The notes: generated from the letters alone by a model not told the origin. Positions 37,165 to 50,692 are shown, numbered from the stretch's first letter. The stretch is 64,000 nucleotides of DNA from Squalus acanthias (GCA_030390025.1 CM059432.1:98086001-98150000), one strand, 5' to 3'. A program made the numbers and translations.

Positions 37165-40093
37165 TATCTAGTTGTAACAAACCACTATGAAAAACAATAA
37201 GAATAAAACTGGACAGACCAGCCGGCATTGACCTCGGCACCGGCTACAGACATGACAATGGCACACCCAGCCCAGTCGACCCTGCAAAGTCTTCCTCACC
37301 AACATATGGGGACTTGTGCCAAAATTGGGAGCACTGTCCCACAGACTAGTCAAGCAACAGCCTACATAATCATACTCACAGAATCATACGTTTCGGCCAA
37401 TGTCGCAAACTCCTCCATCACCATCCCTGGGTATGTCCTGTCCCACCGGCAGGACAGATCCACCAGGGGTGGTAGCACAATGGTATACAGTCAGGAAGGA
37501 GTGGCCTTGGGAGTCCGCAACATCGACTCCGGACCCCATGAAGTCTCATGGCTTCAGGTCAAACATGGGCCTGATTACCACCTACCGCCTTCCCTCAGCT
37601 GATGAATCAGTACTCCTCCATGTTGAACACCACTTGGAAGAAGCACTGAGAGTAGCAAAGGCACAGAATGTATTCTGGGTGGGGGACTTCAAATTTCATC
37701 ACGGTGGCTCGTTAGCACCACTACAAATCAAGCTTGCTGAGTCCTGAAGGACGTAGCTGTCAGTCTGGGCCTGCGACAGGTGGTGAGAGAACCAACACGA
37801 TGGAAAAACCTACTTGACCTCGTCCTCACCAATCTACCTGTTGCAGATCCATCTGTCCAGGACAGCATTGGTAGCAGTGACCACCGCACAGTCATTGTGG
37901 AGACGAAGTCCCGTCTTCACAGTGAGGACACCCTCCATCGTAAACACATCTAGCAGCTCAAAACTGGGCATCCATGAGGCGCTGTGGGCCATCAGCAGCA
38001 GCTGAATTGTATTCCACCACAATCTGCAACCTCATGGGCCTGCATATCCCTCACTCCACCGATACCATCAAGCCAGGGGACCAACTCTGGTTCAATAAGA
38101 AGTGTAGAAGAGCATGCCAGGAGCTGCACCAGGCGTACCTAAAAATGCAGTGCCAACCTGGGGAAGCTGCAACACAGAACTACATTCATGCTAAAAAGTG
38201 GAAGCAGCATGCTACAGTCGAGCTAAGCGATCCCACAAACAACGGATCAGATCAAAGCTCTGCAGTCCTGCCACATCCAGTCGTGAATGGTGGTGGATGA
38301 TTAAACAACTAACGGGAGTAGGAGGCTCCATGAATATCCCCATCCTCAATGATGGTGGAGCCCAGCACGCGAGTGCAAAAGACAAAGCTGAAGCGTTTGC
38401 AATCATCTTCAGCCAGAAGTGCCGAGTGGATGATTCATATTGGCCTCCTCCTGAGGTCCCCACCATCACAGAAGCCAGTCTTCAGCCAATTCAATTCACT
38501 CCACGTGATATCAAGAAACGGCTGAGTGCACTGGATACAGTAAAGGCTATGGGCCCCGACAACATCCTGGCTGTTGTGCTGAAGACTTGTGCTTCAGATC
38601 TAGCCGCGCCTCTAGCCAAGCTGTTCCAGTACAGCTATAACACTGGCATCTATCCGACAATGTGGAAAACTGCCCAGGTATGTCCTGTCCACAAAAAGCA
38701 GGACAAATCCAATCCGGCCAATTACCGCCCCATCAGTCTACGCTCAATCATCAGCAAAGTGATAGAAGCTGTCATTGACAGTGCTATCAAGCAGCACTTA
38801 CTCACCAATAACCTGCTCAGTGATGCCCAGTTTGGATTCCGCCAGGTCCACTTGGCTCCAGACCTCATTACATCCTTGGTCCAAACATGGACAAAGGAGC
38901 TGAATTCCAGAGGTGAGTTGAGAGTGACTGCCCTTGACATCAAGGCAGCATTTGACCGAGTCTGGCATCAAGGAGCCCTAGTAAAACTGAAGTCAATGGG
39001 AATCGGGGGGGAAACTCTCCACTGGAGTCATACCTAGCACAAAGGAAGATGGTTGTGGTGGTTGGAGGTCAATCATTCAGCCGCAGGACATCGCTGCAGG
39101 AGTTCCTCAGGGCAGTATCCTAGTCCCAACCATCGTCAGCTGCTTCATCAATGACCTTCCCTCCATCATAAGGTCAGAAATGGGGATGATCGTTGATGAT
39201 TGCACAGTGTTCAGTGCCATTCACAACTTCTCAGATAATGAAGCAGTCCATGCCCGCATGCAGTAAGACCTGGATAACATTGAGGCTTGGGCTGATAAGT
39301 GGCAGGTAACATTCGCACCAAACAAATGCCAGGCAATGACTATTTCCAACAAGAGAGAGTCTAAGCACCGCCCCTTGACATTCAATGGCATTACCATCAC
39401 CGAATCCCCCACCATCAATATCCTGGGGGTCACCATTGACCAGAAACTTAACTGACCAGCTACACAAATACTGTGGCTACAAGAGCAGGTCAGAGGCTGC
39501 GTATTCTGTGGTAAATGTCTCACCTCCTGACTCCCCAAAGCCTTTCCACCATCTACAAGACACAAGTCAGGAGTGTGATGGAATAATCTCCACTTGCCTG
39601 GATGAGTGCAGCTCCAACAACACTCAAGAAGCTCGTCACCAGCATAGACAAAGCAGCCCGCTTGATTGGCACCCCATCCACCACCTTAAACCTTCCCTCC
39701 CTCCACCACTGGTGTACCGTGGCTGCAGTGTGTACCATCTACAAGATGCACTGCAGCAACTCGTCAAGGCCTCTTCGGCAGCACCTCCTAAACCCACAAC
39801 CTCTTCCACCTAGAAGGACAAGGGCAGCAGGCGTATGGGAACACTACCACCTCCAAGTTCCCCTTCAAGTCACACACCATCCTGACTTGGAAGTATATTG
39901 CCGTTGCTTCATCGCCACTGGGTCAAAATCCTGAAACTCCCTCCCTAACAGCACTGTGGGAGTACCTTCAACACAGGGACTGCAGCGGTTCAAGAAGGCA
40001 GCTCACCACCACCTTCTCAAGGGCAACTAGGGATGGGCAATAAATGCTGGCTTTGCCAGTGATGCCCACATCCCATGAACAAATTTTAAAAAA
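37165..40093 (+). mobile_element. CR1/L2-group LINE, endonuclease plus RT, disrupted; inverted paralog of 32075-34828
   Basis: TNIWGL, ILTESY, RQDR..RGG, WVGDF, SSDH endonuclease motifs; KAMGPDNI, NYRPISL, LDIKAAFDRV. Confidence 0.92.
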
Positions 40094-41519
40094 GCCTCAG
40101 AATAGGCTCAGCCTAACTGACGGCTTGAATTTGAGTTAGGGGACGGAATCTATGATGAAGAAAGATTTATTAAGATCTGCTGTTTGTTTTTCAGTTAAAT
40201 CTGAAATATTTTCTGCATGTTAAAACAAAAACAGCTTGCATTTATATAGTGCCTTTAATATAGAAAATAAAGAAAATAGATGCCAAGCCTAAGAAGGAGT
40301 TGTTAGGAGGTCTGACCAAAAGCTTGTTCCAAAATGTAGGTTTTAAATGAGGAGAGGGTTGTGGAGAGGCAGGGGGGGTTTAAAGGAGGTAATTCCACAG
40401 CATGATTCCTCAATGGGTTAAGGCACAGAAGACAATGGTGGGCTCTTTGACCGGACTTTCTGACTCATTTGGCAAGCAGGTGCCCTAGATGCACCCCTCG
40501 TGATGTTACACCCATCAATGGCAGCCAACGTATGGAACATTCCCCTGGCCCCAGAAAGTGCTCCAGGATCAGCTTCAGAATATCCCAGTGAGCGCATCTC
40601 AGTACTTATGCCCTCATGTACCCCATTGCATATTTTCAGGGCCATTGATTTTATTGCTGGCACAGATACCTTGGAGAGGGGTCTTCCTCCCTGCAAGGCC
40701 CTAGAGGAAACAGTTGGGACTGCATTTCAGATCGGTCTGAATGGTGCCGCACAGCAGTAGGGCAGCATAGAATCATAGAATTATAGAATAGTACTGCACA
40801 GAAGGAGGCCATTCAGCCCATCGAGTCTGCGCTGGCTCTTTTGAAGAGCAATCTAGTTATTCCCACTCCCCCTGCTCTTTCCCCATATCCTGCAACTTTT
40901 TCTACTTTAAGTATTTATCCAATTCCCTTTTGAGGGTTGCTGTTGAATCTGCATCCAACAACCTATCATGGATGATGGTCAACAGTGATTTAATGCAGGT
41001 CACGATACAGGTAGCTGGATTTTGGACAAGTTGGAGTTTGTGGAGGGTGAAGCTTGCAAGAGATGAGGGCATTAGAATAATTATGTTTTGGGGTGACATA
41101 AGTGTTTCAGACTTGAAGGGCTGAGGTTGGGCAGAGATGGGCAAAGTTCAGTAGGTTGAAAACGGTAGTCTTAGCGATAGATAGGGTGTGGGGTTTAAAG
41201 GCAAACTCATGGTCAAACAAGATAGGTTTCACATGATCAGGTCCAGTCTGAGCAAGTGGCTGGGGAGTGGTATGGAACTAATAGCAAGAGTGCGGCATTT
41301 ATGTCAGGGGCTGAAAACAATGGCTTCAGTCCTCCTCATGTTACGTTGGTTGAAGTTGTCATTCATCCATGACTGGATGTTGGACGGGAAGTTTGGCAGC
41401 ACAGAAAGTGGTCTTGGGGTTGACTAGATGATGAAGGAGTACAGCTGGTATCATTATCATACACTTGAAAGATAACTCTGCAACTGTAGACAATGTCACC
41501 AAGGAGCAGCATGTAGATG

Positions 41520-41693
41520 CATTGTTCTCTATCTATATATGCTTTGGCGATTCTGTATCGTTTTACTTCACCCGACGAAGGAGTTGTAACTCCGAAAGCT
41601 TGTGATTTCAAATAAAACTGTTGGACTATAACCTGGTGTTGTGCGACCTCTCAATTTTGTCCACCCCAGTCCAACACCGGCATCTCCGCATCA
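41520..41693 (+). mobile_element. Penelope-like terminal fragment (second family)
   Basis: Hammerhead-like core followed by AATAAAACTGTTGGACTATAACCTGGTGTTG...CAGTCCAACACCGGCATCTCC; interrupts an L2. Confidence 0.7.
41568..41605 (+). ncRNA. Minimal type I hammerhead ribozyme motif with a core mutation
   Basis: TCAC-CCGACGA-aGGAGTTgtAACTCC-GAAA-GCT-T-GTGA; CUGA is changed to CCGA. Confidence 0.65.
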
Positions 41694-43612
41694 TGAAGAG
41701 AAAGGGACCAAGGATAGGACCTTGGCAGACTCGGGAATGGATATCTCCTAGGCTATTGGGGATTATCAGCACTAAATCTGTTGTCCCTGCTCAAAATGTC
41801 TCTGGAATTCTTAACAGAAAAGGCAATGAAGGGAACACAAGAGATAATATTCCATCCCAGAAGAATAAGAGCTACAACTTGTCCTGCCTTCTGTTCTTAT
41901 AAAACTTTATGAAATCATTAGTACCGAATATCAATTTGTAAACGGTTCCTGCTCAGGAAACCCACCACTACGTCCTTCACTACTTGTAGATATTACTCAG
42001 TACATTGAACATCCAGCTCTGGAGTGCGCCTAAGGAGCAGGATCAAGTTCCAACCCATTTGCAAATACATGCTAAGTGTTGTCCATCCAGAGATGCAGGG
42101 TCTGATTCCAGATCTGATCCTACAAGAACTAGAGGGCCATCCACACTGCCCAAAGCTCCAGGAGGTGCTTACAACATTGTGGTATTACCTTCACCACATG
42201 GACTGTAGCAATTCAAGAAAGCTCATTTCCACCTTTTCAGCTGATAGCACAGTATTTTGGGGTCTGTGGCTGCTAGACAGGGGTCAATTAATGGCCTCTA
42301 CTATTTCCTATTTTCTCAATATTCGTCACCATAAAATGGAGAAGTACTTTGAACACCTTTCCTTCATCACGAACAGAACCTTAACTAGATGTAGAGGAAT
42401 CAAATCTGATGCTGGCGTCAAGTTTTTAAAAAAAAGTTCCCAACATTAAATTCTTCAAACCTACTACTAAATTGTCGCCTTCTGTCCATAAACTCTAACA
42501 AACATGCTATGACCACGGAGAGAGTATTATATATATTTTTTTACAAAACTCATATCCCAGCTGTTTGCATAAAATTAACAATTTTGACACAGTCTGCATC
42601 GTTAACCCTGCATCTGAATTAGTTGTGCTGCATTTAGTGAAGTTCATGACTCTGCTTAAAGCTGCAATTTGTTTGCTCAAAATGCACATTTTATTTTAAA
42701 TGATTTGTTGCTACCTAAATGACCCTGGTTTAAATAGCCTAATTTCTTTTAAAAAATGTTGTGAAAATGTGGAGCGCGTGCCAATGTCTATTTCTAATCT
42801 GTCGGAAGTTTTCATTTACATTAAAAAAAACTGAAGAAACAGCAGGGAATTTCCAAAGCATTCTCTAATTTGCAGTTTAAAAAAAAAATTAAACTGCTGC
42901 TATGGGACTGTTATCATTGTCAAGAGAGGACAGTGCTGAGGCTTAAACTAAATAATTATGAATACTTATAACTCCACTTAAGATGCTGTCAGCAACAATT
43001 CTAAAGTAAATATTAAAATTCATGCTTTTAAAATGTTTGTGTCTGTGTGTAGTGATATATAAATATATATAAAAATATGTCTATGGGCTGGATTTTGAAT
43101 GACCCGTGGAGTCGGGTTTGGAGGCGTGTGGGGGGTTAAAGTAGCAGATTCGGGGGTCCAGACCCCATCCCGACTCCAACACGCCTCCACGCAATTTTGA
43201 CAAAATGGGTCGCGGGGTTCCCGACTCCGTCCCGCCTCCAAGAGGCGGGAGAGGCCATTAACGCTCTTAACAATCCCTAAATTGGCTCTGTAATGCTATT
43301 TTGAACTATTTTAGGTAGTTTAACCCTTTTCCCACGTGAGCACGCCTGATGGAAACACTCCAGTGAAACCTGGCGGGAGCACAAGTGGATTGCTGACTCT
43401 CAGCTGCAGCTCAAACTTTAAATAGGAGATTTCATCAGCCATCAATTGCAGGTGGCAGGACTTTGTTGTAACAGGTCTGGGGGAACTTTTAGAAGGCATA
43501 ACCACAGGTCTGGAAGTTTGGAGCCTGACACCCATCTGCAGTGTGACCTCCGGGGAACCCCCTCTCGCCACCCTCATTGAGCGCTTCCTCAACTGAGACA
43601 TATACCAGAGGC

Positions 43613-44821
43613 ATGGGAGCCATTTATTTCCTTCCCTCCTGGATATCCGATGAGGAGGAACAGCAGCAGCAGCAACAGCAGGAGCGCCAAGCTGTTGCTC
43701 ACCCACCTGAAGCTGCACAGGACAGAAGGGGCCAGCGTATGGAAGGCCGTCGGCGCAGGAAATACCCCCCAAACAGGGTCTACAGACAGAGGGTCAGCTA
43801 CCTCAACATATCTGAGCAGCAGTGCCAAAGGTGGCTCTGACTTTCGCGAGAGGTAGTGGGTGACATCTGCGCAATGCTGCAACAAGACCTGGAGCCCAGA
43901 GGACCAGGTGGACGCCCCTTACCAGTGGCCGGCAAAGTCACCACCGCACTCAACTTTTTTGCCTCAGGCTCATTCCAGGGATCAGCAGCAGACATCTGCG
44001 GCATCTCCCAGGCAGCCGTACACACCTGCATCACGCTGGTAACCGATGCCCTCTTTGCCATCGCGCACAATCACATCCATTTCACCAAGGATCGAGCAAG
44101 TGTCACGGCGCGTGCGGTTGGATTAGCTAATCTGGCAGGCTTTCCAAGGGTGCAGGGCATCGTTGACTGCACACATGTGGCCCTTAAGGCACCCCATCGC
44201 AATCCAGGTATTTTTGTCAACCGCAAGGGCTTCCACTCCCTCAACGTTCAGCTGGTATGTGACCACAAGAAGAAAGTTCTGCATGTTTGTGCCAAGTACC
44301 CTGGCAGTTGCCATGACTCCTTCATACTGCGCCAGTCTAGTGTGCCTCCGCTATTCAGTCCGCCAGACCAACTTCACGGATGGCTACTTGGAGACAAGGG
44401 CTATCCCCTGAGGACGTGGCTAATGATGCCATTGAGGAGCCCATCCAACGCAGCTGAGGAGAGCTACAACTCCAGCCACATTTCCACCAGATCCATAATC
44501 GAGCAAACCATCGGTATGCTGAAGATGCACTTCAGATGCCTGGATAGATCAGGTGGAGCCCTGCAATATTCAGCAGCCAGGGTCTCCAGAATCGTTGTGG
44601 TTTGCTGTGCACTTCACAACATGGCACAGCGTCGTGGCTTACAGATGCCAGAGGACCAAGTGGCTCCTCACATAGCCTCCTCAGATGAGGAGGAGGAGGA
44701 GGAGGAGGTGGAGAGAGAGAACAAACAACCTGCAGAGGCCCCTCAACCAGCGGCAGCATTACGCGAGACCATAGCTGCCCGGAATGCAAGGAACGCGCTC
44801 ATCTTGGCCAGATTTGCTTAG
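43613..44821 (+). pseudogene. Harbinger (HARBI1-like) transposase, 402 codons, one in-frame TGA at 43838-43840
   Basis: GIVDCTH, LLGDKGY, IEQTIG catalytic motifs intact; ORFs 43577 and 43856 share a frame. Confidence 0.93.
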
Positions 44822-45077
44822 CCTAGACAAGAAAGCACTTTTGCCTCGCAGCTTCTTACCAGAGCTACGACAATGGCCCAGACCCAGCGGATCCCTAACA
44901 ATGTGACCACTATACTGACAATTGCAAGTTATCCTAAGGCCTCATTGTGGAAGTCCATTAGCAAAATGACAGACGCCACAACTGCAGCTGTAGCCATCAG
45001 AGTTTTTATTTAAACTTTAGACCTGATGGCTTTTTCACATTAAACATCAAAATTCACCCAAGTGACTACCCTTGTGA

Positions 45078-47001
45078 CTATTTGTGCAGTTTCTTTCTTT
45101 TACGCGTGCTCCTAAGTGGTGCTTCCCCTGTGGCTTCAGCAGAAGTGGAGGCCCCCTGCTCACTTTGTTGCTGCTCCTGTCTCAACTCCTTTGGCGGGCG
45201 TCCTCTGGGGTTGTGAACCTGAGAGGGCTCAGCAACAGTCTGCTGCTCCTACGGCTGGGCAGGGGTTGAGACGCCAATCTCACTTGGGTGCGGACTCTGG
45301 TGGGGCTCTGACCGAGGACCTGTCAGTGGCATGGAAGTGTGAGCACTTGGAGAGGAGCCCCCACCTCCTTGTTGTGTGCTACCAACATCCCTCTCATGGG
45401 TCAGGTCCACCTCAGTGCTTGCAAGTGGCTTGAGAGCACTTTGCTGCACATCAGGGGGGCCATGGGGACCCGTATCTGCACTGGAAGTCCTACTCAGAAG
45501 GACTTCCATGAAGGTCTGGTTTCTCTGTTCAATAGATGATCATCGCTCCTCCAGAGATGTCATTCTATTCAGAACAATGACCATGTTTTCTGCACTCTGG
45601 TGACTTATCACCTCCATGGAGGTTGCCATCCTTTCCATGGTGATGCGTTCATGCGCCAATGACGCCACATAGTCTCTGCTCATGTTCGCTATGGACTCCT
45701 CCATTCACTCCACACTCGCAGCGACCCTGGAGATAAAACCTGTCAGAGACTTCTGCATCTGTTCCTGGAGTTCCAGCACCGCTGATCTTATGGATGGCCC
45801 CAGAGGCAGAGGGTCGACATGCAGCTGAGCCGAGCTAGGAGAGTCCTGCGCCCTCCGACTAGGACTCTCCACTGCTGTCCCTGTCTCCACCATCTGCTGA
45901 TGCTCACTTGTGAGCTGTGATACACCAGGTGACAACACTACTCTATGTCCCGAGGGTCCCACCGAGGTGTGAGTGTCTGCGCTGGTGCTGGATGCACTTA
46001 GTTCTGCTGACGCTGCGTTCTCAGAGGTTGCAGCTTCCTCTGAGGAGTCTGTCTGCTCAGGCTGCTCCTCCTGGCTATTGGGGACGGGTGCTTGCGATGG
46101 TCCTGTGAGAGAGTAAAGGAAAGAGTCAGAGATGTGATGCCAAGGTTACATGCACATTGCATATTGCAGATGATCATAAATCCATCTGTTAGAGCTTCAG
46201 ATTCATTATCAGCGACTCATGCAATGTCAATGAGAGCGATAGAACACTATTCAGTCACCAGCTTGCTCTGCTGCACCCGTCTGTCCATCCCCCACTTGCG
46301 TTTCCTCCTGGATGCCCATGATCTCCAGGACCGCATCCTCCCAGGGGGTGAGCTGGGCTAATGAGGGTGGCCCTCCTCCTGTCCTGGCTCTTTCCCTTTT
46401 ATTGTGAGCTCTCTTTTCCTGCAATGAGGGAGACAAGTGGAGTTTGAGTGAGATTGAAGGAGTGAGTGTAGAGAATCCATAGCATAGATGCTTAGAAGGA
46501 GACAAAGATGGATTGAGCTGGCGAGACTAAGGGCCCTCCCTGTGTGTTGTAAGTTGTTTGCAAAGCATGACAGTGATAGGGAGTGTGAGGGCTGCATAGT
46601 CAAATAGTAAGGTGAATGTGACCATAGAGGGAGAGGGAATGGGTAAGGGTGCATGGATGTCAGTGTCAAGTGGGATATGGAGGAAGAGGTTGCTAAAGCT
46701 GAGTGCTGGTGAGGAGAGGCAATGGGGATCAGATTGAGGGTGAAGGGAAAGTCATACTCACTTTAGCAGTACGTAGAAGGTCATGAAACCTCTTCCTGCA
46801 CTGGATCCAGGTTCTGCATGTCAAAGATAAAGAGGTGACCTCCTGGGCGATCTGGACCCACACTGCCTTTGTCTGCTGGGGAGGCTTCTTCCTCCCTGAG
46901 GAGGGGAAGAGCACCTCCTTGTTGGCTCTTGCTCCATCCACCAAAGCCTGAAGGGCAACATCATGGAATCTGGGAGCAGCCCTGGGCTGTTGGCTGGCCA
47001 T
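45078..47001 (-). pseudogene. Myb/SANT-like gene, exons 47001-46762, 46418-46259, 46102-45078; exon 3 has frameshifts and stops
   Basis: RAAPRF...W..IAQEV...RTWIQCRKRFHDL; RTGGGPP; intron phases 0 and 1 as in the 12257 element. Confidence 0.85.
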
Positions 47002-47278
47002 TCCTGCTGCAGGTGCTTAGATTTCAGGTCCAAAACCTTGGCAGCCTGCAGAAGAAGCAAGGCTTGTTGCAGACCTTATATGCAGCAGCAATGATGACGT
47101 CATCGGAGGCGACTTTCAGACTGGAATAACTCGTTGGCCATGGGTTCCTACATGTTGGAACTCAATTGGCCAATTAAGTTAAAATCGCATCATTAATCCA
47201 CATTAATCTGGAGTCGGGGGGGCAACACGAAATGTGGGTAACACGACCCCAACCCGACCCCAAGACAAAATCCAGCCC

Positions 47279-47392
47279 TATATCTCTACTCTATATAAAT
47301 ATATATCGCTACTCTATATAAACATATATCTCTACTCTGTATAAATATACTGTATATCTCTACTCTATATAAATATATATCTCTACATATAT
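47279..47392. repeat. AT-rich ~22-bp tandem repeat (TATATCTCTACTCTATATAAA-like)
   Basis: About 4-5 imperfect copies abutting the right TSD of the Harbinger. Confidence 0.8.
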
Positions 47393-48379
47393 TTTGCTGG
47401 GTTATGGGGAAAGAGCAGGGGAGTGGGACTAATTGAATAGCTCTTTCAAAGACCTGACACAGACACTGGGCAAATTTAACCCTACTCGCTCAGCAGAAAC
47501 CTGGCGGGTGGGCAGTTAAAATCGCCCTGGCTCTTACCTATCTGGAAGCCACCACGATCGCAACATCTGCAATTTTAACCTGCTCTTCTGAGCAGACAGC
47601 AAGGACACGTGCCTGGAGCCAACAGTTAGAGAGGTGGAGAGGTTTTGAGTGGGACTTAGAGCTGAGATCCTCGGCAATTAAATGCACTGCTGCCAATGGT
47701 GAAGTGAAGAAAATCGGGGATGCGCAAGAGGCCAGACCTAACTGAACGGTTCTTCAAATCTGTTCAGACTTACACAATAACGAATATAAGTGTCACAGGG
47801 AAAGCAGTGTAAGTCCACATATGGAAGGCTGAATATGCAAAATCTATTTTTATATTATGTGATCAATGCTGATTAACAGGTGCATTTGAAGATGCATGAC
47901 ATGATGAGGCTCTGTGGTTTTCTGACAACTGAATCCATCAAGCAACCTAGGACTGCAGAACTCACAAACTAATTGCCTTATGTAATGTGACTCACAAATG
48001 TTTTATTTTTAATTGGCGCGGCATCATGCATTGCATGTGCTGCAGGACTCAATAAAGGCTGACCTGTTAAAGTAAGATTGGCGGTGGGGGGCGGGGTGAT
48101 TTCCTTGCTGCTTCCAGTGCTGTCCAGTGCAAAAATAATGTAGGATCAATTTCAAATGAGGAAATTCGGTTGGAAGCAATTTCCACCACTTGTGCACCTT
48201 TAAATTACTTTCCCCGAGTTCCCTCAATCTTTTTGGCCCCTCCTGTCTGCTGAGCCCCCGCAAGGCTCATTCACATACAGCGCTTGCCAGCCAGTGGCAC
48301 TGCATACATGAGTTTCCTGTTTTTACACCTAGATATTATACCACACCAAAAAGTCTAGAGGCAGCACAGTTGTATGTGG

Positions 48380-48905
48380 ACTTTTCTGAGGAGCTCCGTG
48401 TCAGTAGCTTTGTTTCTTCATAGCTGCCAGTAGCCATCTCTGTGACATTCTACATCAATGGTACCCATTTCTCATTGAAGGCATCTACAAAGCATCCCGT
48501 CACTTATGAGAACAGGAAGGGATTCTACACTATGAATGCACAGATACTTTGTGATGTATTTCAGAGGATCCTTCCTGTCAACGCCTAGTACGCAACACCT
48601 AGGAAGCTGCCATGATGCCTTCATTCTCTGGTATTTGGCACTCCCTTATCTCTTCAGGGAAGCAAACCATATAAACGATGGCTACTGGGTGACAAAGCAT
48701 ACCCTCTACTGCCATTGGTGATGACCCCACTCTAACACAACAAGACCCATGCTGCTACCAAGCTGGTAATTGAAAGGACCATTGGGCTGTTGAAGAAACA
48801 CTTTTGATGCCTCGATAGAGTATGTGGAGTTTGATAGTTTGTAGCAAACAGGGTCTCCAGCATTATCGTCATCTGCTGTGCCCTTCCCAACTGTGCCATC
48901 CAGGA
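48380..48905 (+). pseudogene. Decayed Harbinger transposase
   Basis: NRKGFYTMNAQILCD, GSCHDAFIL, WLLGDKAYPL, IERTIGLLKKHF*CLD. Confidence 0.82.
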
Positions 48906-49289
48906 AGAGCTGCAGTTTGACATGGCTGAAGAGGTGGTTCTGGTTCCAGAAGATCCTGAATTGCATCTGAGATCTGCAAAAAGGAATCATAGGACAAATA
49001 CTACCCAAAGTCCTTGGAGTGTAATTCAGTCTATCCAGACACCACAGCCTGATCTCCTCTCCCATTTGCCAATAAAGCAATATTGGCAAACCATTACGCA
49101 CCCCACCATGCAACAAGATAAGAGCCCTCTTTACCCTGACCTGACTTTGCAAATCATTATCACGTAAGTGTATAAGTCAGAAGCAAATGAATGCTCCCTT
49201 TCCTGTATGACTGCAATCTCCATGAATAAAAAAATACAAGAGAAGTGCACATTCTTTATTAATGCACTACTGGCCAAGTTCAAATAGTT

Positions 49290-50199
49290 GCCCTGCTCTT
49301 TCCTAACGACACGTTTCTCCTTGTTGCTTAAACATGCCTTTCTATCTCCTATTTTGGTGCTCCTTCTAAGTGCTACTGAGGCTCAGGATCGCAAGAGATG
49401 TGTAGTTCCTCATACTGTACAGAAGGGTCATTGGAGAAGTGGCTTTCGACTCATGGCAGCTGGCTCCTGGCATGGAGCCACTGCTGGCTGCATCTCTAGA
49501 GTGTGTTCCTGGGCAGCCAAGTCTCACCTCCCATGTTCCACTGGTGTGGTGCTCTGAGGTGTAAGGCTGGAGCCCTAGCATGTGCTGTTGTCCTGAGCGA
49601 TGGCAGTGTCAGGATGCTGGACTCTAGTCGCCACCATTCCTCTGGTACCTGGATCTGTGGCTTCAATGATCAGTGGCATGACTGATCTAACAGCAGATAT
49701 TAGATTCTGAAAGCCCTCAAATACAGCAGTGACCATAATGCACTCCAATCTGTATGCGATTGCCTCCAGAGCTGCAGTCTTTGCTTCCATGGAGGTGGAA
49801 GCCCCGACTAGTCCCTGGCTGCATCTTATCTGGGAACTTGCTGCAGAATTCAATGTCACTTGCTACATTGGTGCCTTTAAGGAAGACAAAGTTTCTGAGA
49901 TGTTGTTGCAAAGGAGAGCTGTAGACTCGATGGTCACACCTGTCAGTTGCTGCACATCATGGAGAATGTCCTGTAGGTATGATTTTCCTCAAATATTCTT
50001 CTTTTCAGGGGAGTGCCCATGAGCTCTGGGATCTACAACTCTGAAGCCATAGACAGCCTTTTGCTCAGCCTCCGCTGGGAAGGGGGCACATCCTCCTCCA
50101 CTTCCCAATCCTCCAGGTTTCCCATCCTCAGTGAATCACCCAATAGTAATCCCTTACTACCAGTACAGTACCTCACCCAGATCTAGAGAGAAACAGGAC
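49290..50199 (-). pseudogene. Decayed Myb-like gene C-terminal exon, convergent with the 48380 transposase
   Basis: AIAQDNS and ALRRSTK remnants match motifs in the other copies; position and orientation fit. Confidence 0.55.
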
Positions 50200-50692
50200 C
50201 TCACTCACCCATTCTTACCTTCTGCCATCCTATACTGCTGATCCACTACAGCAACAGGGGGCTCAGCTGGAGGAAGATGATGCTGAGGAGGAGCAGAAGG
50301 AGGAAGAGAGGGACTTTCTTGAGGTACGGTACCACACTGAGGTACAGTACCACACTCAGACCCTGAGAGAGACAGGGCCAGCAAGGTACCTAATTCCCCC
50401 AGGGTGAAAGTCTCTGAGCTGGTGCCTGAGAGAGTGGAAGTAAGCACCGCAGGTGATAACTTGTAGGGGTTTGGGGCAGAAGTAATTGAGATGGGTTGAA
50501 TCATGTGGATGTGTGGCCTGAGCTGGTCTTCCTCCGCGTCCTCATCATCATTTCCATATGCAACTAGGGGGAAGAAAGTCCCTCTCTTCCTCCTTCTGCT
50601 CCTCCTCAGCATCATCTTCCTCCAGCTGAGCCTCCTGTTGCTGTAGCAGATCAGCAGTATAGGATGGCAGAAGGTAAGAATGGGTGAGTGAG
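50200..50692. repeat. 121-bp inverted repeat (50200-50320 / 50572-50692) with 251-bp spacer
   Basis: Arms differ at 3 positions by eye. Confidence 0.9.

Larger units (their letters stand above)
40960..41760 (-). mobile_element. Decayed L2 LINE, flanked by a CR1 tail (~40770-40960) and interrupted by a Penelope fragment
   Basis: TLHKLQLVQNPA remnant; similarity to 5985-7095. Confidence 0.6.
43085..47278 (+). mobile_element. Full-length PIF/Harbinger DNA transposon (4194 bp), second family
   Basis: Perfect 13-bp TIR GGGCTGGATTTTG / CAAAATCCAGCCC; TSD TAT; convergent transposase and Myb-like genes. Confidence 0.95.

Noticed and set aside
37200..37290. HDV-like ribozyme at the LINE 5' end
   Set aside because: Could not build the nested double pseudoknot by eye
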